Below, piece after piece: positions 25,891 through 39,430 of a DNA stretch of 64,000 bases; position 1 is the first letter of the stretch, and each line of letters begins with the position of its first letter. The notes under the pieces are model-generated. The model saw only the letters and a list, made by a program, of their open reading frames with translations, ran no database searches and had not been told where the DNA came from. The translations under genes and the position numbers were made by a program. Source of the stretch: Chiloscyllium plagiosum (lineage: Eukaryota); the NCBI RefSeq assembly GCF_004010195.1, contig NC_057718.1:48481859-48545858 (forward strand). The letters run 5' to 3'.

Positions 25891-26992
25891 TGTCACAGAT
25901 ATATTCATGACTTACCTCTAACCATACACAACTGTTGCATCCTCTCATAAAAAAAAAGATCTATTTAGCCTGTCCCACATCTCATGATGGCTTGAACACC
26001 ATGACCTGCTCCTCAGATGCTGTCTGACCTGCAGTGCTTTTCCAGCACCACACTCTCGACCCAGATACTTGCTACCCCTGATCACAATTTCTCCATTTCC
26101 AGCAAGTCACAGCCATGTAATATGTTAAGCAGAGCAAAGATAAAGCAGAAAATATAACACTTCATTAACTCCAGTCCAGGTGATGATAACGATCCAATGT
26201 TATCAACTGCATTTTATGGAGCTGCCCTCAGCCAAATTGACTGGGCAAGGCAACACTGATCCTTCTCTGGCACCAATTGTGCTTCTCTTTCTTGCTCCAT
26301 GTTCAAAACTGGGAAAGAGTGAAAAAGAATCGGGAAATGCACAGAAGAGCAGAACTGGGGTAGTACAGACACCTCAGGGGGTTGTCACATTGGAGGAGTT
26401 TATAAAGGTAGGAATGGCCATGGGTAAGATATAAAAAAGGATGATCATTTTAAAATCAAGGTCTTGCAAGACTAGGAGCCAGTGTCGGTCAGTTGCCAGG
26501 GGATGGATGGATGAATGGGATATGACACAGGTTAGATTTATGTCCAGGGATTTACTCTTTGTGTGCAGTATCAGCAGCAGCTGCTTCAGTCTGAGCAGCC
26601 GTACTTCTGCAGGACTCAGGAAAGCTGTAAAAGGAGGAAATATAGAAACATAAACAGAAATGTGGACAAATGAGCTAAAATAACTATTCTCAGGGCATAT
26701 TGGATAAGTAAATCACTTTAAAACCATTTTTACTTTTACCAGCTGGGTAGTAATCCTGCATTGTTGATTTTATGCCATTTTGCAAGACACTTGATATCAT
26801 CCCGTTGATTTCACCAGATTACTTCCCAGATAATGAAAGTGAAAATTACAACTCCTCCCCTCTCCAATGAATCAAAATTTCATCATTTCAAATTCAGATT
26901 ATCTTTGGAACAGCCAGGGCTGCAGACGCACCCCATCCATTATTAACAGGAGTTGCCCTTTCACTGTTCTACCCTAATGTAATCAAGCTTAC

Positions 26993-27156
26993 TGTTTCGG
27001 CTTTCACATCTCACCATGCCATTAAGATTTTTGTTTTGGACTAGGTATTCCATATTGTGGTAAAGATTTGTAAAATTGCTCAATGATAACTGCAGATCTT
27101 TAAAGGCACTAAAATGCTGAAGCATTCTATTCACTGGAGGTCTTATCAGCACCAGC
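26993..27156 (-). CDS. Candidate internal coding exon of an unidentified gene
   Basis: Strong acceptor TTTTTCTATCATTGTCTTTCTTCTGTTTGTTTAG. Single open frame LVLIRPPVNRMLQHFSAFKDLQLSLSNFTNLYHNMEYLVQNKNLNGM. Donors ATG|GTGAGA (exon end 27015) or A|GTAAG (exon end 26993). Confidence 0.4.
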
Positions 27157-27589
27157 CTAAACAAACAGAAGAAAGACAATGATAGAAAAAGCAGTTTCAA
27201 CAAGTTTGATGCATTAACCTCTTGCCACCCACAAAGGGTCAAGCGCAAGTGGTGGGAACATTTTCTTTAATTTTAATACAGACGCGTAAAAGTATAGATT
27301 TATGAAATCATTGTGAATAGAGATAAGTTAATACAGTATACTGTTAAAAAAAAGAGATCAAGCTGTAATAATTTCATTACCATTCTCATCTGCAATTTCT
27401 AAAGTTATTTTCACCCTTTGAATACAAAACAAATTATAAAACTTCAAATTTTCTATTATATAAAATCTATCAATTCTCTTTTCAAGAAACCTCTAGATTG
27501 TCTGACATCCAAAACTAGAATTTAAATTCAAGTCAAGTTCTTCACTTCAAATGTCTTTGTCATTCATCCCACTGTAGCTACTATTTAGA

Positions 27590-29200
27590 GTCGTTGAGTC
27601 ATAGAGATGTAAAGCACGGAACAAAACCTTCGGTCCAACTCGTCCATGCCAACCAGATATCTCAAACCGATCTAGTCCCACCTGCCAGAATCTGGCCCAT
27701 ATCCCTCCAAACCCTTCCTATTCATATACCCATCCAGATGCCTTTTAAATGTTGCAATTGTACCAGCCTCCACCACTTCCTCTGGCAGCTCAATCCATAC
27801 ATGTACCACCCTCTGTGTGAAAACGTTGCCCCTTAGGTCCCTTTTATATCTTTCCCCTCTCAACCTAAACCTATGCTCTCTAGCTCTGGACTCTCCCACC
27901 CCAGGGAAAGGACTTTGTCTATTTATTCTATCCATGCCCCTCATAATTTTGTAAACCTCTATAAGGTCATGTCTCAGCCTCCGACACTCCAGGGAAAACA
28001 GCCCTAGCCTATTCAACCTCTCTCTAAGCTCAAATCCTCCAACCCTTGCAACACCCTTGTAAATCGTTCTTGAACCCATTTAAGTTTCACAATATCTTTC
28101 CGATAGGAAGGAGACCAGAATTGCACGCAATGTTCCAACAGTGGCCTAACCAATTTCTTGTACAGCCGCAACATGACCTCCCAATTCCTGTACCCAATAC
28201 TCTGACCAATAAAGGAAAGCATACCAACCACCCTCTTCACTATCCTATCTACCTGCAACTCCACTTTCAAGGAGCTATAAACCTGTACTCCAAGATCTCT
28301 TTGTTCAGCAACACTCCCTAGGACCTTACCATTAAGTGTATAAGTTCTGCTAAGATTTCCTTTCCCAAAATGCAGCACCTCACATTTATCTAAATTAAAC
28401 TCCATTTGCCACTTCTCAGCCCATTGGCCCATCTGATCAAGATGCCATTGCAATCTGAGGTAACCTTCTTCGCTGTCCACTATACCTCCAATTTTGGTGT
28501 CATCTGCAAACTTACTAACTATACCACTTAAGCTCACATCCAAATTATTTAGAAAAATAATGAAAAATAGTGGACCCAGCACTGATCCTTGTGGCACTCC
28601 ACTGGTCACAGGCCTTCAGTCTGAAAATCAACCCTCCACCACCACCCTCTGTCTTCTACCTTTGAGCCAGTTCTGTATCCAAATAGCTAATTCTCCTTGC
28701 ATTCCATGAGATCTAACTTTGCTCACCAGTCTCCCATGGGGAACCTTGTCGAACGCCTTACTGAAGTCCATATAGATTACATCATGCCCTCTTTGCTACT
28801 TCTTCAGAAAACTCAATCAAGTTTGTGAGACATGATTTCCCATGCACAAAGCCATGTTAACTATCCCTAATCAGTCCTTGCCTTTCCAAATACATGTACA
28901 TCCTGTCCCTCAGGATTCCCTCCAACAACTTGCCCAACACCGACATCAGACTCACTGGTCTATAGTTCCCTGGCTTGTCCTTACCACCTTTCTTAAACAG
29001 TGGCACCACGTTAGCAAACCTCCAGTCTTCCAGCACCTCACCTGTGACTATCGCTGATTCAAATATCTCAGCAAGGAGTCCAGCAATTGCTTCCCTAGCT
29101 TCCCAAAGAGCTCTAGGGTATACTGATCGGGTCCTAGGGATGTATTCACTTTTATGCATTTCAAGACATCCAGCACTTCCTCCTCTGTAATATGGACATT
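27590..29200 (-). mobile_element. CR1 LINE (RT to 3' tail)
   Basis: [27 protein letters not shown]-terminal peptides. Confidence 0.97.
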
Positions 29201-29693
29201 GTTTTTGTTTGCCTTTAAAGTGTTTGCTGTCTCCCCTGTCAACTGGACTCTCCAGACCATGCACTGATATAGCTGAGATGGTGCACCAATGACTTTCTCT
29301 TAACTCAGTGCTGAGGAAGTTCAAGATGTCATAAAGGATGGATTTTACAGTGGTGGATTCAGTCTCTGGCTTTCCTCTGCAAATATCATCACCTTGGCTA
29401 GATAATCACATCTTAATTTTGATGAGGTGGAAAAAGCTTATGGTTATGTCAAAATTTTCAATGAAGTTAATTCTATTTGTCATTATTGGCAGCTAAGGCT
29501 ATTAAATATAACTCCACAGAGTGGTAGAGTCAAGGATGTGGGTGAAAGTTTTCCAACTGTTCTCTCATTTCTCAAATGAAAGCTAGACAGCAAGCAATGT
29601 GATATTAAATTATTCCATTGCTGTCCAAGGCTGGAATGATCAAGCCTGCCTTTCTTGACTTCATATTTAGGGGGATTTATTTCAAAAACTCAC

Positions 29694-29841
29694 CTTTATT
29701 TTTGGAATTGGTTATGCAGCAGCAAGCACATGGAAGTTTCAATGCTAGCAAATTTTGCTGAGTGGTCCTTAAGCTGGTATTAGGATCTTCATTAATATAT
29801 GCAATAGACCGAACATTTGTTTCAAGCGTTGCTAAGGATGC
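29694..29841 (-). CDS. Candidate internal coding exon
   Basis: CTTTCCATAG acceptor and AAG|GTGAGT donor. Single open frame ASLATLETNVRSIAYINEDPNTSLRTTQQNLLALKLPCACCCITNSKNK. Confidence 0.3.
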
Positions 29842-30124
29842 CTATGGAAAGTTGTTTTTTCAATACATTGACAGCAAATAATGTAAGATGGATTTGGACA
29901 TTTGCTCCTCTTGCTCTGGTTATACATAAGAAACAATTTCCATTTCATTCCTGCAACGTTCAGGGCATGGAAAAATGTATATGTCTGATGAAAAACATGT
30001 CAAGAGTAGTACAGGGATTTGAATAAAATCAAATAAACTGCAAGAGGAAGGGTGAGAGAGTTTATCAACTATTGTAACAAATTAGCAACATCAACTCCCA
30101 TCAAGGAAAAACAGTGGAAAGTTA

Positions 30125-31990
30125 AAATTAAAATGCTACATATGAACACACAAAGCATTTGTAATAAGGTAGATTAATTAATGGCACAAATAGAGATAGT
30201 GTTTGGTCTGAAATGTGGTTGCGTGGTGACTAATGTAGGAAATGAAATATTCAAGGTATTTGACTTTAGAAAAGATAGGCAAAAAGTGAAAGGAGGTGTG
30301 GTAATCCTAATCATACAGAACAGGAAAAAGGCAGTTGCAAGAAAGGATCCTAACCCAGAAAGTCAAGATATAAAATTTATATGGGTGGACCTAAGAAATA
30401 ATGAGTGGCAGAAAACACTGGTCTGAGTAAAGTATAGGTTCCCTACATTGGTCATACTATAGACAGAGTATAGAGTATTGGGAACTGAGAGGAGTATGTT
30501 ACAAGGATAATGCAGTAGTCATAGGGACTTTAGTCTTCAATATGACGTGCCAATTTTGCCAAGATGTTTTGTCTTGGAGGTCTTGCTCATTGTATGCATT
30601 CAAGGCAGCTTTTTTTATAACAATATGTCAGATGCCAACTAAGGACCACATTATTTTAGATCTAGTATTGTAAATAATTGTTTTTTTCACCTAATTAACA
30701 TTGACAGTTTATATTTCATGCCGCATCTCCATGTCAACCTTGTCCAACTGATCAACACTCTTTCATCTATCACCTCCATCGCCAATCCTTCACCACCCGA
30801 TGCCTGGAGGAAGAATGCCTTATCTTCCGCTTTGGAACTCTTCAATCCCAGGGCATCAATATGGACTTCACCAGTTTCCTCATTTCCCCTTCCCCCACCT
30901 TACTCCAGTTCCAACCTTCCAGCTCAGAACCGTCCTCATGACCTGTCCCAACTGTCAGTCTTCCTTCCCACCTATCCGTTCCACCCTCCTCTCCGACCTA
31001 TCACCTTTATCCCCACCTCGATTCACCTATTGCACTCTCAGCTACCTTCTCCCCAGCCTCACTCCCCATCCCCGCCCCCTCCCATTTATCTCTCCACTCC
31101 CTGATGAAGGGCTCCGACCTGAAACGTCGATTTTCCTGCTCCTCGGATGCTGCCTGACCTGCTGTGCTTTTCCAGCAACACATTCTCAACTCTGATCTCC
31201 AGCATCTGCAGACCTTACTGTCTCCTACTCTTGGTTTTGCCTTTCCAGGTTTGGTTTTATGTGTCAGTTTTGATGAGAAAAAGTTTGATTTTACAACTCT
31301 TTTTAGCAATGTTTAGGACCTAGTAAAGCATAATGAGGCAGGATTAATCAGTAATCTGGTAGTAAAGGATTATCTGCTGAAGAGTGATAATATTGATGGA
31401 ATTTCAAATTGGCTTTGAGATTGATCTGATTAAATGTCAAACCTGAAATCTTAATTTTAAGCTGAGCCAAGTACAGTTGTACAGGAGAGTTGGCTAGGCT
31501 AGATTAGGAAGTTAGGTTAAAGGTTTTAGCAGTAGATAAGCAAGTGGCAAATTTTTAAATACTAATTTGTAATTCTCAATGAATATATATTTCTTTTTGG
31601 GAAAACAAAGAGCCTGGTAAAGTGATAGACCATGGTTACCTGGAGATGTTACAGCTAGTATCAAATTAAAAGAAGAGAATCCAGTGTTGTTAAAACACCT
31701 TAGAGGTTTGAAAAATCACCAAATGATGACCAAGAAAATAATAATGAAGGAGAAATTGAGAATAAAAACAGATTGTTAGAACTGCAAATTTGTTAAAGGA
31801 AAAAGTCTATAAAACGTAATCCTCTTTAGAGGCAGACAAAAGGAGAAATTAAAATGGGAATTACCGAAACAGCAAAGAGGTTACATAGATATTTTAGCAA
31901 TAAACGAGTCAAAGAACAAGTTGGAACCAATGGTCTATGAGAATGAAAAACAAAAAGTAGTAAGAAAATGTACTGGAGAAATTAACGAGC
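30125..31990 (+). mobile_element. Old CR1 endonuclease region interrupted by a PLE
   Basis: HMNTQSICNKVD*LMAQIE; FRKDRQKVKGGV; IWVDLRN (APE-type endonuclease motifs). Confidence 0.7.
30720..31228 (+). mobile_element. PLE 3' end and terminal repeat
   Basis: CTGGAGGAAGAA..CTTCCGC endonuclease end, C-rich tract, hammerhead-like motif at 31101-31131, tail. Confidence 0.85.
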
Positions 31991-31999
31991 ATAAAAGTT

Positions 32000-33350
32000 G
32001 CTTTAATAAATTATCTTTCATGAGCGCAGGATGTGCAAAAACCTATTACAGCCAATGAAATATTTTTGAAGTGCTATTATAATGCAGGATGTGTGGAAAC
32101 CAATTTGTCCACAACAAGTCCATATGAACAACAAAGTAATTATGAGTATTGTTGATTGAAGGATAAGTATTAGTATGCCAAGGATAACATGCCTTCTCTT
32201 TTTTGAAATAATGCCTTGGAGGGCCGAGGTAAATATTCTTGAAGCAGGTCTCACTGACAGACAGGAAGTCATTGAGAATGTGGAATCTATTTCAAACAGT
32301 GAATAGAACCGATAACGTAGCAGCTGCAAATTAGTGAAGGTGCTGTGGGCTTGCAGCTGGATCAGGTGACTGAGATCTCTGATGTCAGAAAGCCTACATC
32401 ACCTGATAGTCATGCATTCGCTGGCTCCAAATGATTCTCACTGGATCTAAACACAACAAATGATTCAACTTCAATGTCGGTCAGCTTCCAAATGACACCA
32501 GCTCAGAAAGATCCCTTTATGAGTCGTCAGGTTTAACTGGGCAGGTTTCAACAGCAATGGGAAATCCATGTGGCTTCCATTTTAATTTGGCAGGCAACAC
32601 TGGGTCATGTGAATTCATCTTTAAAAGACTTTAACAGGTTCATGAATGACTGTAATTGCCTATCCACAATGAACAATCAACTTTTGAATGTTGGCATTTT
32701 CCCGACACTGACTTATCATTGTAGGAAGTAACTAAGATCCGATTTCTTGGACAATTTTGTGTCTTCAGCTGCTATCTTTTCTGTCTTGATTGTCTGGATT
32801 AATTTCCATTCATGATGTTTTTATGTTCCCTTGAGAAGGCAGGATGGATCTCAGTTTAATGCCTCATCCAAATATCAGCAACACAAACAATGCAGCATTC
32901 CCTCAATATTGCTATGGTGTGTGAAATAACCGTACAGAGGCTGGTATCCTATCACTAAACCACCCGTTATTCACGTGTGCACAGTACACTGGCAGTGGCC
33001 AGCCAGCTCGGAGTCAGTCGCTTAAGTGAGGAGATTCTAAATACCTTGTTATATATTTTAAAATGAGAATGCAACCTGCAATATTTTTTAATTAACCTGT
33101 TTTTCGAATCAGCCTATTCAGAGATGTCATTACATACCTCTGGAGCAGCTGGAACTTGAACCTGGGCTTCCCTTGTCCAGGGCAAGGACACTACCACTGC
33201 ACTACCCCTTGTTTATTTTGGTCAGCCAGGACTTCATGATTGGTTAATAACCCCAATCAAGGATCTCATTTTCAATGAGATCCACCTGATTCCAATACTA
33301 CTATGTGTTAACTTAGATATCTGAGCTCATATCTTGGAACAAGATATAAC
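32000..33350 (-). mobile_element. Deu-domain SINE fragmented by nested insertions
   Basis: TTACAGCCAATGAA..TTTTGAAGTG at ~32046. Continues at ~32820-32920 and ~33305. Confidence 0.55.
32922..33303 (-). mobile_element. Solo LTR related to 7519-7736, containing a small tRNA-like SINE (~33060-33205)
   Basis: TGAAATAAC..CAGAGGCTGGTA is the reverse complement of the end of the 7519 LTR. GTCAGCCAGG..CCAATCA..CAATGAG also match. Confidence 0.6.
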
Positions 33351-33859
33351 ACATAAGCTGCTGATTCACATATAAGTCTCTGATTCACATACAAGAATCC
33401 TACCATGATGGTGAAATTTGAACTGATTTTTTTAAAATGTGATATTAAAAAGCTACCCTAATGGCAACCATGTTACCATTGTCAGATATTGTTAAAAAAA
33501 ACTTGTTTACTAATGTCCTTTAGGAAAAGTATCTTGCCAACCTTATTTGGTTTGTCATGAACCACAGTAATGTGATTGTCTTAAGGCTGGGTTGTTAAGT
33601 ATCTTCAAGGCTGAGATAGACAGATGTTTAATCAGTAAGGGAATCAAGGGTTAAGGGGAAAGGGCAGGAAAGTGGAGTTGAGGGTAATCAGATAAGCCAT
33701 GATCTCATTGAATGGTGGAACACTCTTGGTGGGCTGAATGGCCTACTATTGATCCTACACATTATGATCTTATGAATTCTTAATTGCCTTCTGAAAAGGC
33801 ATATTACCTACTGGGTGTCAAATAGGTACAAAGCCTAAAGCAAGGACATCAAATGATTC

Positions 33860-34440
33860 TGCCACCATGCACCAACCTAGGCACCAGAAATGACAGCAGC
33901 AAGCACAGCCCAGTCAATCCTGTAAAGTTCTCCTGACTAACAATTGGGGCTTGTGCCAAAATTGAGAGAGTTGTCCCACGTAGTAGTCAAGCAATGGTTT
34001 GACATAGTCATACTTACAGAATCTTACTAACAATGCCCCAGACACCACTATCGCCATTCCCTGGGTATATCCCGTCCTACCAGCAGAACAGACCCACCAG
34101 AGTGGTGGCACCATGATCTATTTTTGGGAAGACATTGTCTTGGGCATCCTCAACATTACCTCTGAATCCTAAGAAAGCTCATAACATCAGACCAAACATA
34201 GATAGGGAAACATCTGGCTAACAATCACTTACCACTCCCCATCCCCACCTTTAGGTCATGAATCAGTACTATTGCCAGAACGTTGCCAAGATCCATAGCC
34301 TTTGCAGTATCCAGTGCCTCCAACCATTTCCCAATGTCATGTGGAATGATTCGAATTAGTTGAATACTGACATTTGGGATGCTGGCGACTCAGGAAAGAA
34401 ACTGAGATTAAGATACTGTGATTATCATCCACTCAGCACT
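33860..34440 (+). mobile_element. CR1/L2-group LINE endonuclease fragment
   Basis: LLTNNWGLVPKLRELSHVVVKQWFDIVILTES; QQNRPTRVVAP. Confidence 0.7.
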
Positions 34441-34479
34441 TCTGGTTGAAAATAGGTGCAAAACAGCTGATTTGTAAAA

Positions 34480-35065
34480 CATCTATGTTCTGTCCTCAAA
34501 AATAACGCTAAACTTCCTGTTGCTTTCTACTTCAACACACCACTGTATTTCCTGACCAACATTTCTGTCCCAGACTTGCTGAAGTGCATCACCAAGACTC
34601 AGGTCAAGCTGGAAGAATAGCATCTCATTTTCCATTTGGGGACCCTGCAGCTTACAGGACTCAATACCAAGTTCAATAGCACCTTCTTCCATGCCGTTTA
34701 CCCACCCTCACACCCCAGGCCCTTTCATGACATTGACTGTTTTCAGCACAGCAAATCCATTTTCATCAAATTCTGGTCCCCATTATCAGCTTCACTGTCT
34801 CCCCAGTTTACTAATATCCATCCCTATGTCAGCCTAGCTTTCTTTCTGTCCCTCTGGGTTCCTTCACCAGCCATCACTTACTCCTTTAAACCCCCATCCC
34901 ATGCCCTCCCTCTAGTATATTTGCCATCTTTTCCTAGCTACTCGCAGTTCTGAAGAATGGTCACTGGGCCTCAAACATTAACTCGGCTTTCTCTCCATGT
35001 ATGCTTCTGGGCCTGCCAAATTTCGCCAGCAATTTCTGTTTTTCTTTCAGATTTCCAGAATCCCT
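34480..35065 (+). mobile_element. Old PLE 3' end and terminal repeat
   Basis: AAGCTGGAAGAATAGCATCTCATTTTC endonuclease end; degenerate core CTGAAGA..AAACATTAACT near 34950-34983. Confidence 0.7.
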
Positions 35066-35089
35066 TTGTTCTATTTATTATTTTCAGGT

Positions 35090-36430
35090 ATATTACCGAG
35101 GAGGAAGTGCTGGATGTCTTGAAATGCATAAAGGTGGATAAATCCCCAGCTGTACCCTAGAACTCTGTGGGAAGCTAGAGAAGTACTTGCTAGGCCTCTT
35201 GCTGAGATACTTGTATCATTGATAGTCACAGGTGAGGTGCTGGAAGACTGGAGGTTGTCTAGCGTGGTGCCACCGTTGAAGAAGGGTGGTAAGGACAAGC
35301 CAGGGAACTATAGACCAGTCATCCTGACATCAGTGGTGGGCAAGTTGTTGGAGGGAATCCTGAGGGACAAGATGTACATGTATTTGGAAAGGCAAGGACT
35401 GATTAGGGATAGTTAACATGGCTTTGTGCGTGGGAAATCAGGTCTCACAAACTTGTTTGAGTTATTTGAAGAAGTGACAAAGAGGATTGATGATGGCAGA
35501 GTGGTAGATGTGATCTATGTGGACTTCAGTAAGGCGTTCGACAAAGTTCCTCATGGGAGACTGGTTAGCAAAGTTAGATCTCATGGAATACAAGGAGAAT
35601 TAGCCATTTGGATACAGAACTGGCTCAAGGGTAGAAGACAGAGGGTGGTGGTGGAGGGTTGTTTTTCAGACTGGAGGCCTGTGACCAGTGGAGTGCCACA
35701 AGGATCGGTGCTGGGCCCTCTACTTTTTGTCATTTACATAAATGATTTGGATGCGAGCATAAGAGGTAGAGTTAGTAAGTTTACAGATGACACCAAAATT
35801 GGAGGTGTAGTGGACAGCNNNNNNNNNNNNNNNNNNNNNNNNNNNNNNNNNNNNNNNNNNNNNNNNNNNNNNNNNNNNNNNNNNNNNNNNNNNNNNNNNN
35901 NNNNNNNNNNNNNNNNNNNNNNNNNNNNNNNNNNNNNNNNNNNNNNNNNNNNNNNNNNNNNNNNNNNNNNNNNNNNNNNNNNNNNNNNNNNNNNNNNNNN
36001 NNNNNNNNNNNNNNNNNNNNNNNNNNNNNNNNNNNNNNNNNNNNNNNNNNNNNNNNNNNNNNNNNNNNNNNNNNNNNNNNNNNNNNNNNNNNNNNCAAAG
36101 CCTTTTCCCTGGAGTGGGGGAGTCCAGAACTAGAGGGCATAGGTTTAGGGTGAGAGGGGAAAGATATAACAGAGACCTAAGGGGCAATTTTTTCATGCAG
36201 AGGGTGGTACGTGTATGGAATGAGTAGCCAGAGGAAGTGGTAGGGGCTGGTACAATTGCAACATTTAAGAGGCATTTGGATGGGTATATGAATAGGAAGG
36301 GTTTGGAGGGATATGAGCCGGGTGCTGGCATGTGGAACTAGATTGGGTTGGGATATCTGGTCAGCATGGACGGGTTAGACCGAAGGGTCTGTTTCCATGC
36401 TGTACATCCCTATGACTCTATGACTCTACA
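35090..36430 (+). mobile_element. CR1 LINE spanning an N gap
   Basis: [35 protein letters not shown] tail. Confidence 0.97.
35819..36095. other. Assembly gap
   Basis: Run of N. Confidence 1.
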
Positions 36431-37604
36431 TGATGCTGCTTCTTTCTTGATGGTAGTGGTTATTTGCTAGGACATACAGATTATGGTTGAATACAATTCT
36501 GCTGATGTTGATGTCCCACAGTGCCTCGTAGATGCCTAATTTAGAGTGACTAGGTCTATTTGAAGTCTGCTCCATTTACCAATGAATGCAGTGCCACACA
36601 ATACGGTGGAGAGTACCTTCAATGTGTAAATGGGACTTCATCTACATAAAGACTGCACAGTGGAAGTCTTCCATCATGTCTAGTAGAAGGTAGGTAAGTA
36701 TGAGATCACATATATTTTTCCCTCCTGTTGGTTTCCTCACAAGCTGCCGCAAACCCAGTCTAGCAGTAATGTCCTTTAGGAATTAGCCTGCTTAGTCAAT
36801 AGTGGTGCTGCCAAGCCGATCTTTGTGATGGGATTTGAAATCGCCCATACAGATTAAATTTGTGCCTTGGCAATTTTCAGTGATTCCTCCAAATGGTGTT
36901 CAATAAAGACTCATGGTCCAAAGCCTGCTGCTCCCCTAGCCAAGCTCTTCCAGTACAGCGACAACACTGGCATCTACCCAACAATGTGAAAAATTGTCCA
37001 GGCATGTCCTGTACACAAAAAGTAGGATTAATCCAACCCAGTGAATTATTGTCATTTTAGTCTACTCTCAGTCATCAGCAATATGATGGAAGAGGCCATC
37101 AATAATGCTATCAAGCCATGCATGCAAAGCGATAACTTGTTCACTGGCACTCATTTTTGGTTTCCCTTCGGTACACTCAGTTCTGATCTCATTACATCTT
37201 TGGTGCAGCAAAGATAAAAGCTGAATTCCAGAGGTGAGGTGAAATTAACAGCCCTTGACATCAAGACAGCATTTGACGGAATGTGACATCAAGGAGCCCA
37301 ATTGCAACTGGCGTCAATGGAATCTGCTGGTTGGGGTCATACCTACAACTCAGTGAGATGGTTGTGGTTGCTGAAAGTTAATCATCTCAGCTCCAGGACA
37401 CGTCTGTAGGAGTTCCTCAGGGTAGTGTCCTTGGCCTAACCATCTTCAGCTGCTTCATCAATAACTTTCCCTCTGTCGTAAGGTTAGGCGTGGGATGTAC
37501 GCTAATGATTGTGAATGCTCAATGGAAGTTCAGCACCATTCATACCTCCTCAGGTGCTGAAGCTGCCTGTGATCTGGATAACATCTAAGCTTGGCCTGTT
37601 AAAT

Positions 37605-38290
37605 AAAATGTCAACTTGTCCCCCCTCACCACCGTCCAAGGCCCCAAAGGATCTTTTCACATCTGACAGAGATCTTTCTGCACATCCACCCATATCATCT
37701 ACTATATTCGTTGCTCTCAATGGGTCTCCTCTACATGTGGGAGACAGAATGCTAACTCATGGACCATTTGAGGGAACTACTCTGGGACACATGCAGCAAA
37801 CAATCCCAACGCCCTGTGACCGACCACTTCAACTACCCCTCCCATGCCCCCAAGGACATGCAAGTCTTGGGCCTTCTCCACTGCCAAATCCAAGCCGCTG
37901 GATGACTGGAGGAAGAACTCCTTACCTCTGCCTTGGTATCCTTTAATCACATGGCATCAACATTGACTTCACCATTTTCCAAATCTCTCCCTCCACCTCA
38001 TCCCAGCTCCAACCTTCCAACTCTGCACTGCCCTCTTGACCTATCCTACCCATCCATCTTGCTTCCCACCTATCTGCTCCACCCTCCCCATTGACCTAGC
38101 ACAATCACTTCCCACCTGCTTCTATCTATTGCCTTCCCAGCTACCTTGCCCCAGCCCCACCCCACCCTCCTATTTATCTCTCAGCATCCTTACCCCCACA
38201 ATCCTGATGAAGGGCTTATACCCAAAACATCGATTCTTATGTTCCTCGGATGCTACCTGACCTGCTGTGCTTTTCCAGTGCCACACTTTT
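37605..38290 (+). mobile_element. PLE endonuclease end and terminal repeat nested in the LINE
   Basis: Decayed IYYIRCSQ..LYM region, CTGGAGGAAGAA, hammerhead-like motif at 38200-38235. Confidence 0.85.
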
Positions 38291-38749
38291 CGGCCTACAC
38301 ATGTGCCAGGCTATGTCCATCTTCAACAAGACAGAGTGAACTATCTCCTGTTGAGGTTCAATAGCATTACCAATGTAGACACCCACATTGTCAACATCCT
38401 GCCGAGTTACCACTGAACCAGAAACTGTAATCACAAGAGCAGGTCAGAGGTTAGTAAATCTGCTGCAAATAAGTCAACTCATGACTCTCCAAAACCTGTG
38501 CACTATCTACAAGACACAAGTCAGGACTGTGATGGAATGCTGTCCACCTGCTTGGATCAGTATAGATTCAACAGCACTAAAGAATTTGACATAATCCAGA
38601 ACAAAGCAATCTGCTTGATTGGCACCTCATCCAAGACTTTTGACATTCAATTCCTTCTTCACTGACATGTGGTGTCATCATTGTGAACCATCTAGAAAAA
38701 CGGCCTTTCCCTCACCACCTTCCAAACTCACAACCTCCACCATCTAAAA

Positions 38750-39000
38750 GAGTTAAATGGAATGACAAGAGTATAACACAAGCAGTGTCAACGAGAGGGA
38801 AAATTAGCTTTGGGGATGCTTCATGGTTGGTTGCAAAAGAATGTTCAGTATTGATTTTCCGTATGTCTGGACAATGTACATTAGCTGGATTGTGCTGTAT
38901 GACATTCCCAGACATGTGTGTCAGCTAAGTGAGTGACTGCAGGGACACTGGCCTCCTCCACCTCCTTGAATTTATCCTCTTCTTCCTCCTCCTCTTCCAT
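38750..39000 (+). repeat. Local duplicate of ~40032-40385 lacking the 91 bp insertion
   Basis: Direct alignment from GAGTTAAATGGAATGACAA to GGCCTCCTCCA.CTCCTTG. Confidence 0.9.
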
Positions 39001-39370
39001 ATACATGGGAATAGAAGTACCATCACACTCCCAGCCAAGTCACACACCACCCTGACTTCAACTATATCATTGTTCCTTCACTGTCACTGGGTCAATGTCC
39101 TGCAACTGGCTTCCTAACAGCACTGTAGGTGTTCTTACACCCCAAGGAGTGTAGCAGTTCAAATAGGCAACTCAGTACTAATTTCTCCAGGGTTAGTAGA
39201 AGTGAGCAATAAATGTCGGCTAAGAAAGCTATGCCTACATCCCATGAATGAATTCAAAATAAAGAAAAGGCATTGTTGTAGTATTTAAATTGCTGCTAAC
39301 TACCTTCCTGCAATCTAATCTTCTGCATTTGGTGGAAGCTAACCCTATCAGCTCTTTTTTTTAATCTCAC

Positions 39371-39430
39371 CTTTTTATAATCGGCAAAGAGAATTTTCTG
39401 CTCCTGCTGTTTATAGTAGGACCTCCAATA
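39371..39430 (-). CDS. Candidate 60-nt coding exon
   Basis: TTTTCTAATTCCAG acceptor and AAG|GTGAGA donor. Open as YWRSYYKQQEQKILFADYKK (phase 0) or IGGPTINSRSRKFSLPIIK (phase 2). Confidence 0.35.

Larger units (their letters stand above)
36915..39260 (+). mobile_element. CR1/L2-group LINE (RT to tail) with nested insertions
   Basis: [44 protein letters not shown]; tail CATCCCATGAATGAAT. Confidence 0.85.

Noticed and set aside
39371..39430. Resemblance of YWRSYYKQQEQKIL to the CALHM C-terminal helix
   Set aside because: Short match, incompatible exon structure and no transmembrane exons found.
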